A DNA stretch of 64,000 nucleotides. Source: Candidatus Latescibacterota bacterium. GTDB taxonomy: Bacteria; Latescibacterota; UBA2968; UBA8231. This document shows, in pieces, positions 58,394 through 64,000 of the stretch; within the stretch, counting starts at the first letter, position 1; each line of letters starts with the position of its first letter. A program made the position numbers and the translations under genes. The notes beneath the pieces are model-generated. The model ran no database searches. It was not told where the DNA came from and saw nothing but the letters and a program-made list of their open reading frames with translations. The stretch spans positions 2,720,001 to 2,784,000 of the forward strand of contig OZ253462.1 in NCBI GenBank assembly GCA_965261395.1. The letters run 5' to 3'.

Positions 58394-59941
58394 TCACGCC
58401 CGCTCCACCGCAAACGCCGCCACATTGCGTGTATCCTTACTAAATTCCACGCCAATCAGGTATATCGGCTGCCCCAAAGCGCGATACTTATCCGCGTAGC
58501 ACCGCTCCTGCAACTGCGCCATCGCCGCGCCACTGGACGCCAACTCGACCACCTTGAATTCAAATAGATAGATATTGCCGTTGAACAGAACCGCCATGTC
58601 CAATCGTCCGTGGCTACTGCTGTCCTCTACCTTGATGTCCAGCCCTAGCCCGGCGAAATAGGAGTAGAACACGCTGGCGTAATAGCCTTCGTACCGGGCG
58701 ATGTCGTTGTTGGTGTACCACTCATAGGGAATGCTGGCGAAAAAGGCGTGGAATAGCGTCTCCAGCCCGGCGAAGTCGTTGGCCTCCAATAGCCGGTAGA
58801 GTCGGACGCTATTGGCCATCTGCCGCGTGGCATCCTGCACCAAGTAGCGCAGCAGGCTGCGGTTCAGGCTCTGCCGTACCTCGCGGTTGGGATAGCCTAG
58901 CCGATAGACGGGCTCACCGCCGAGGTCTTCCTCGTCTTGGATGGTGAGGTAGCCGGTCTGGAACAGCAGGGCCTCGGTCGCTATGTCGTCCACGTCGAAG
59001 GTGGACAACAGGGCGCTGCCGCCCTCCATGCTGCCCAACTCCAAGGAACTGACGTGGCGCTTGCACAGGGTTTCGATTAAGAACGTCGGCGTGCCGGTCT
59101 CAAACCAATAGGCACCGAACTTGCGGCTGTCGAACAGCAGCAGAATGTCGAAGGGGTTGTACACCTTCTCGTCGCCGAGCCAACTGTAGCCGTTGTACCA
59201 GTCGCGGATCTGATCCCGGTCCAAGCCTGGTAGTTCCGGTGCGAATACCGTGGCGAGGTCTGCCTCGGTGTAGCCACAAATAGCGGAGTAGCGCGGATCA
59301 ATGGTGATGTCCTTGAGGTTGTTGAGTCCCGAAAACAAGCTAACCTTGGAAAACTTGCTCACCCCCGTAATGAAGGCGAAGCGGATGTGTGCATCGCTGG
59401 ATTTGATCATCGCGTACAGGTCGCGCAGAAAGTCGCGGTTAGACCGCGCGATGTCCGGCACCTCCAGCGCATCCAAAATCGGCTTGTCATACTCATCTAC
59501 CAGCACGACAACGCGCTGCCCAGCCTGCCGACTCAGCGCCCCAAGCAGATGGCGAAAGCACGCCGAGGCGCTCTCGTAACGGGTCGTAACCCCGGCCTCT
59601 TCTGCCAAATCTTGTAGTTGCGCCATCGCGTCTTCGTGCAGACCGCCCCGCTCGTAGTAACTGCCGCCGCTGAAGTCCAGCCGCACAACCGGATACCGCC
59701 GTGACCAATCCCAGTGGTCGTGGATGTCCAACCCCTCAAACAGCGGCTCGTTGCCCTCGAACACCTCCTTGAGCGTGTCCAACAACAGGCTTTTGCCAAA
59801 GCGGCGCGGACGCGACAGAAAGTAGTGCTTGCCCTCGTCGAGCAGCCGGCAGATGTAGCCGGTCTTATCGACGTAGTAGCAGTCTTCCTCGCGGATCTCG
59901 CGGAAGGTTTGAATGCCGATGGGCAGTCTGCGTTTGGTCAT
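58394..59941 (-). CDS. AAA-ATPase-like domain plus PD-(D/E)XK nuclease (DUF1703-type)
   Basis: LPIGIQTF..IRE...YYVDKT, SRPRRFGKSL, VDEYDKP, YEGYY and GRLDMAV...FEFK motifs. Confidence 0.93.
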   Translation of the reverse strand: MTKRRLPIGIQTFREIREEDCYYVDKTGYICRLLDEGKHYFLSRPRRFGKSLLLDTLKEVFEGNEPLFEGLDIHDHWDWSRRYPVVRLDFSGGSYYERGGLHEDAMAQLQDLAEEAGVTTRYESASACFRHLLGALSRQAGQRVVVLVDEYDKPILDALEVPDIARSNRDFLRDLYAMIKSSDAHIRFAFITGVSKFSKVSLFSGLNNLKDITIDPRYSAICGYTEADLATVFAPELPGLDRDQIRDWYNGYSWLGDEKVYNPFDILLLFDSRKFGAYWFETGTPTFLIETLCKRHVSSLELGSMEGGSALLSTFDVDDIATEALLFQTGYLTIQDEEDLGGEPVYRLGYPNREVRQSLNRSLLRYLVQDATRQMANSVRLYRLLEANDFAGLETLFHAFFASIPYEWYTNNDIARYEGYYASVFYSYFAGLGLDIKVEDSSSHGRLDMAVLFNGNIYLFEFKVVELASSGAAMAQLQERCYADKYRALGQPIYLIGVEFSKDTRNVAAFAVERA

Positions 59942-59996
59942 GGCGTACGTTACTCCAGACAGAGGATCCGACTTCTATTCCTTCAGACCGGCCAAA

Positions 59997-60039
59997 GTAC
60001 CGAGTGCGTCGAACCCGGTCAATGTTGACAGCCGCCCCC
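59997..60039 (+). repeat. 43-bp direct repeat, right copy (contains TTGACA upstream of the sulfatase)
   Basis: GTACCGAGTGCGTCGAACCCGGTCAATGTTGACAGCCGCCCCC. Confidence 0.9.
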
Positions 60040-60086
60040 CAGTGCGAAGATATTGGGGCTGTTCATTCCAACGCAGGAGACGCGCA

Positions 60087-61433
60087 GTGCCCAACAAACC
60101 GCCGAATGTCGTTCTCGTCTTCGCCGACCAATGGCGTGCCCAAGCCTGCGGATACGCCGGCGACCCCAACGTGCAAACCCCCAACCTGGACTCACTAGCG
60201 AGCCGCAGCGTCAACTGCACCCACGCGGTGTCTGGCTGCTCGGTGTGCTCACCGGCGCGAGCCTCGATCCTGACTGGTCAATACCCCCTCACACACGGCG
60301 TCTTCGTCAATGACGTAGAGCTGGGCCAAGACGCCACGAGCCTCGCGCAGGCTTTCAGCGCGGGCGGCTACGACACGGCCTATACCGGCAAATGGCACGT
60401 CAATGGCCGCGGCCGCTCCCGCTATATCCCGCCCGAGCGACGACAGGGCTTCGAGTACTGGAAGGTGCTCGAATGCACCCACGACTACAACCATTCCGCG
60501 TACTATGCCGGCGACTCGGACGAGCAGCTCATGTGGGAGGGCTACGACGCCTTGGCCCAGACCCGCGACGCCCAAGCGTACCTGCGCAACCGAGGCGACA
60601 ACAACCCCTTTTTGCTGGTCCTGTCATGGGGGCCGCCGCACGCCCCCTATCACACGGCCCCGGAAGCATACCAAGCTCTGTACGATCCAGGAGAGATCGT
60701 CCTGCACCCCAACGTACCACCCGACTGGGCCGAGCGCGCGCGGCAGTGGCTCGCTGGGTACTACGCCCATTGCACGGCCTTGGACGACTGCGTCGCCATG
60801 TTATTCCAGACCTTACAAGAGGAGGGATTGGAGCAAGAGACGGTCTTTCTGTTCTTCTCGGATCACGGCGACATGCTCGGCTCGCAGGGCATGGACAAAA
60901 AGCAAAAGCCCTATGAAGAGTCTATCCGCGTGCCGTTCCTGCTGCGCTATCCAGGAATGGGTGCCGACGGTCGCCAGCTCGATGCGCTGATTGACCTGCC
61001 GGACATCATGCCGACCCTGTTGGGCCTGTGCGGCCTACCGATTCCTTCCACTGTGGAGGGAATCGACTTTTCCGAGTACCTACAAGGCGGTTCAGACCCT
61101 TCGGACGGCACCGCGCTCTTGCAGTGCCCCCATCCCTTTGGGCAGTGGTGGCCCGGCGTCGGCGGTCGGTCCTACCGGGGCCTACGCTCCCGCCGCCACA
61201 CGTACGTGCGCGCCCTAGAGGGGCCGTGGCTGCTCTACGACAACGAGGCCGATCCTTTCCAACAGGATAACCTCGTCGGACAGCCCGGCCAACAGGACTT
61301 GCTCGACGAATTAGACGCGACCCTAACGCGCCGCCTCGCCGCCGCCGACGACCCCTTCCTCCCCGGCCCAGCCTATCTCGAACGCTGGGGGTACCAAGTA
61401 GATGCACGAGGCACTGTTCCCTACACTGGATGA
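60087..61433 (+). CDS. Sulfatase (formylglycine-dependent)
   Basis: PNVVLVFADQWR, CSPARASILTG, GKWH and SDHG motifs; start GTG 60087 with RBS AGGAG. Confidence 0.95.
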   Translation: MPNKPPNVVLVFADQWRAQACGYAGDPNVQTPNLDSLASRSVNCTHAVSGCSVCSPARASILTGQYPLTHGVFVNDVELGQDATSLAQAFSAGGYDTAYTGKWHVNGRGRSRYIPPERRQGFEYWKVLECTHDYNHSAYYAGDSDEQLMWEGYDALAQTRDAQAYLRNRGDNNPFLLVLSWGPPHAPYHTAPEAYQALYDPGEIVLHPNVPPDWAERARQWLAGYYAHCTALDDCVAMLFQTLQEEGLEQETVFLFFSDHGDMLGSQGMDKKQKPYEESIRVPFLLRYPGMGADGRQLDALIDLPDIMPTLLGLCGLPIPSTVEGIDFSEYLQGGSDPSDGTALLQCPHPFGQWWPGVGGRSYRGLRSRRHTYVRALEGPWLLYDNEADPFQQDNLVGQPGQQDLLDELDATLTRRLAAADDPFLPGPAYLERWGYQVDARGTVPYTG

Positions 61434-61436
61434 GAA

Positions 61437-62453
61437 GTGAATCCCCAAACAAAGGAGCACGACATGTATAAAGCTGGAGTCATTGGCTGTCGCGGCATTG
61501 GCGTGGCCCACGCCACCGGGATTGTCGGGTCGGACCGCGCCAGCCTCACAGCGGCTTGCGACCTCGACGAAGCAACCCTCCGCGAGTTTGAGCAACGCTG
61601 GCCGGACGCAGACCTTACCCTGTACCGCGATCACCGCGAGATGCTCGCCCGCGAATCGCTGGACATCGTCACCGTCGCCACCTCGGACCACCGCCACGCC
61701 GACTTAGTCGTCGATGCGGCCAACGCCGGGGCCAAGGGCATCTTCTGCGAAAAACCGCTAGCTACCAACCTCGCAGACGCCGACCGCATGATCGCCGCTT
61801 GCGATGCCAACAACACCACCCTGTCGGTCGATCACACCCGGCGCTTCATGCCCCTGTGGCGGCACGCCAAAGAAGAGATCGTCGATCAAGGCGTCATCGG
61901 CCCGGTGCAATACGTCGTCGGCACGCTCTCCGGCCCCCGCGCCATGCTCTTCCGCAACGGCACCCACACTCTCGACGCTATATGCTACTACGCGGGCGCG
62001 CAGCCCCAGTGGGTAGTCGCCGAGCTGGAGGAGGGATACGAGGACTACGCCGAGTACCGCGGCGACGGCGGCCACGTGCCAGCCACCGAGCCAGGGGCCA
62101 ACGGATACATCCACTTTTCTGGGGGTGTGCGGGGCTTCTACATCGGCGGCTCTAAGACCACGCCGTCGCCCAAGCAGCAACTTGAAGTGGTCGGCACCAC
62201 CGGACGATTACTCCTCGGCAACGACGGCGGCACCCTACTTCGCGGCGAAGAGTCCGAATCCCTCGCGCCGCCGACTTGGCCGATCGAGGGCATTCCCGCC
62301 GGCATCCACGAGCTGATCTCAGCCATGGACCAAGGCGTCGAGTCGGTGTCGCCGGGCCGAGCCGGACGCACTGTAGTAGAGCTGATTATCGGGTTTTTAG
62401 AATCGCAAAAACAGGGCAACGTGCCGGTGTCCATCCCGGTGCCGAGAGCCTAG
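61437..62453 (+). CDS. Gfo/Idh/MocA oxidoreductase
   Basis: GVIGCRGIG, FCEKPLA and NGTHTLD motifs. Start may be ATG 61464. Confidence 0.92.
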   Translation: MNPQTKEHDMYKAGVIGCRGIGVAHATGIVGSDRASLTAACDLDEATLREFEQRWPDADLTLYRDHREMLARESLDIVTVATSDHRHADLVVDAANAGAKGIFCEKPLATNLADADRMIAACDANNTTLSVDHTRRFMPLWRHAKEEIVDQGVIGPVQYVVGTLSGPRAMLFRNGTHTLDAICYYAGAQPQWVVAELEEGYEDYAEYRGDGGHVPATEPGANGYIHFSGGVRGFYIGGSKTTPSPKQQLEVVGTTGRLLLGNDGGTLLRGEESESLAPPTWPIEGIPAGIHELISAMDQGVESVSPGRAGRTVVELIIGFLESQKQGNVPVSIPVPRA

Positions 62454-62815
62454 CCCAGTTCCACGAGCACCCGGCCATCCTCCACGCGAGCCGGATAGGT
62501 CCGCACCCGCACCTTCTCGGGCTCACAGAGCGAGCGGCCCGTGCGCACGTCGTATTCCCAGCCGTGCCACGGGCAGCTCAGAATTTCGCCCGCGCGTCCC
62601 AAGACAATCTCGTCCCCTGGATGACGCGCCAGCGCCGTGCCCCCAACCCGGCCGTCCGACAGACGCGCCCCTTGATGTGGGCAAATATCGCGGAGCGCGT
62701 ACCAAGCATTCCCCTGCCGCACGATAGCCAAGCCCCGCCCCTCGACCTCGACCCGGCGAACCTCGCCGCCGGCAAAGGCATCGACCGGCCCTACGTCAAC
62801 GCGCCGCGAACCCAT
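62450..62815 (-). CDS. Rieske 2Fe-2S ferredoxin
   Basis: CPHQG...CPWHGWEYD. Confidence 0.92.
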   Translation of the reverse strand: MGSRRVDVGPVDAFAGGEVRRVEVEGRGLAIVRQGNAWYALRDICPHQGARLSDGRVGGTALARHPGDEIVLGRAGEILSCPWHGWEYDVRTGRSLCEPEKVRVRTYPARVEDGRVLVELG

Positions 62816-63890
62816 AAAAAGCCTCGGCATTATCGACCCTGATCCTCTGGCGCAGCGCGTCGTCAATCACGGGCGGCAGAGCGCGGGCCGGCGAATCAAA
62901 GTCCCAATGCGGATAATCCGTGGCGAACATCAAGAATTCCTCGCTGCCAATCATGTCGATGATGTGCAACAAGTGCTGGGGATCGTCTGGCTCTTCCATA
63001 GGTTGGGTCGTGGCGCAGAAGTGCTCGCGGATGTATTCGCTGGGGCGCTTCTTCAGCCACGGCACCTCGCTGCGCAGGCCCCGGTAGTTTTTGTCCAGCC
63101 GCCACATCAGTCCGGGCAACCACGCGAATCCCCCCTCAATGAGTGCGACGCGCAGCTCTGGGAACTCGCAGAACACCCCTTCGCAAACAAGGCTGATGAC
63201 CTGGGCCTCAAAGGCTTGCGACATGGCCGTGTGATCTTCGATGTAATAGGAAGGCCAGCCGCAGGCCGTGATGGGCTGACCGCTGCCGCCGAAGTGGATA
63301 CCCACCGGCAGACCGACTTCGCAGGCTGCGGCAAAAATCGGCCGGAACTGCCGCTTGCCATACGGCGCGCTCGACCGCACTAAGAGCAGCACCTGCGCAA
63401 AGCGCGGATCAGCCGCTGCCCGTTTGATTTCCCCGACTGCCTCCGCCGGGTCGTTGGCATTGACCACAATCGAGCCGCGCCAGCGCGGATCGTGGTCGAG
63501 CCAAGTGTGCGCAGTCCACTCGTTGACCGCCCGCATTAGCGCGTTGGCAAAGTCGAGGTTGTGCAGGGACGTCATGCCGTAGAGCGGATTGAGCAAGGCC
63601 ACGTCAATGCCCCAAGCATCGAGCAATTGGGTGCGCGCAAAATCCGGGTCGCCGCCCGGCCGCAGGCCCGAAGGCGGCCAAGCATCGCGCCGCGCAGCTT
63701 GGGCAAATCCCTTGGGATAGGTTGGGCCGGGCGGGCCGCTAAACCCGGATTGCCGCACGTACGCCTGCCAGCGCGCCGACAAAAAGGGCATGAGGTCGTC
63801 GATGGAGTTCGGGTAGTTGTGGACATCGCAGTCGATCAGCGAAACGTCAGCCGAGGACGCGACTTCGACGGCGTATTCGGTTTGGGACAT
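62796..63890 (-). CDS. Amidohydrolase_2 family protein
   Basis: IDCDVH, GIHFGG, IEGGFAW and FATDYPHWD motifs. Confidence 0.92.
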   Translation of the reverse strand: MSQTEYAVEVASSADVSLIDCDVHNYPNSIDDLMPFLSARWQAYVRQSGFSGPPGPTYPKGFAQAARRDAWPPSGLRPGGDPDFARTQLLDAWGIDVALLNPLYGMTSLHNLDFANALMRAVNEWTAHTWLDHDPRWRGSIVVNANDPAEAVGEIKRAAADPRFAQVLLLVRSSAPYGKRQFRPIFAAACEVGLPVGIHFGGSGQPITACGWPSYYIEDHTAMSQAFEAQVISLVCEGVFCEFPELRVALIEGGFAWLPGLMWRLDKNYRGLRSEVPWLKKRPSEYIREHFCATTQPMEEPDDPQHLLHIIDMIGSEEFLMFATDYPHWDFDSPARALPPVIDDALRQRIRVDNAEAFYGFAAR

Positions 63891-64000
63891 GGTAGCAATT
63901 GGTTGGTGAAGGGTGAGGGGCGAGTGATTTTTAGAAGAATGGGTGCGAACATAGGCTGCGTCAACTCCTCGCGCCCGGGAGGAGCAGATTTGTTCACCAG

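Overview
GC-rich bacterial window. The many PhyH dioxygenases, Gfo/Idh/MocA oxidoreductases, the sulfatase and the AAA-PD-(D/E)XK gene suggest a marine or sponge-associated lineage (inference only). Layout: (i) 1-10 kb, a minus-strand accessory block with a WYL/HTH regulator followed by nuclease-like genes, a double-AAA ATPase, an ADP-ribosylglycohydrolase and envelope proteins. Four copies of a TGCGAC-N7-GTCGCA palindrome punctuate it, each at an identical distance from a -10-like hexamer. (ii) 10-23 kb, housekeeping and transport genes (mutM, clpP, GT39, a two-subunit RND pump). (iii) 23-42 kb, an IS graveyard (IS4-like, IS701-like, three identical IS5, two IS903-like, two IS630), partly nested, with integron-like attC sites around a toxin-antitoxin cassette. 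The IS lesions appear dominated by A:T->C:G transversions. (iv) 42-46 kb, three PhyH-family genes and vapBC. (v) 46-58 kb, a complete type I-G (I-U) CRISPR-Cas locus with 19 repeats and 18 spacers. (vi) 58-64 kb, an AAA-nuclease gene bracketed by 43-bp direct repeats, then catabolic genes. No rRNA or tRNA gene was recognised. Family assignments come from motif recognition by eye, not database searches.
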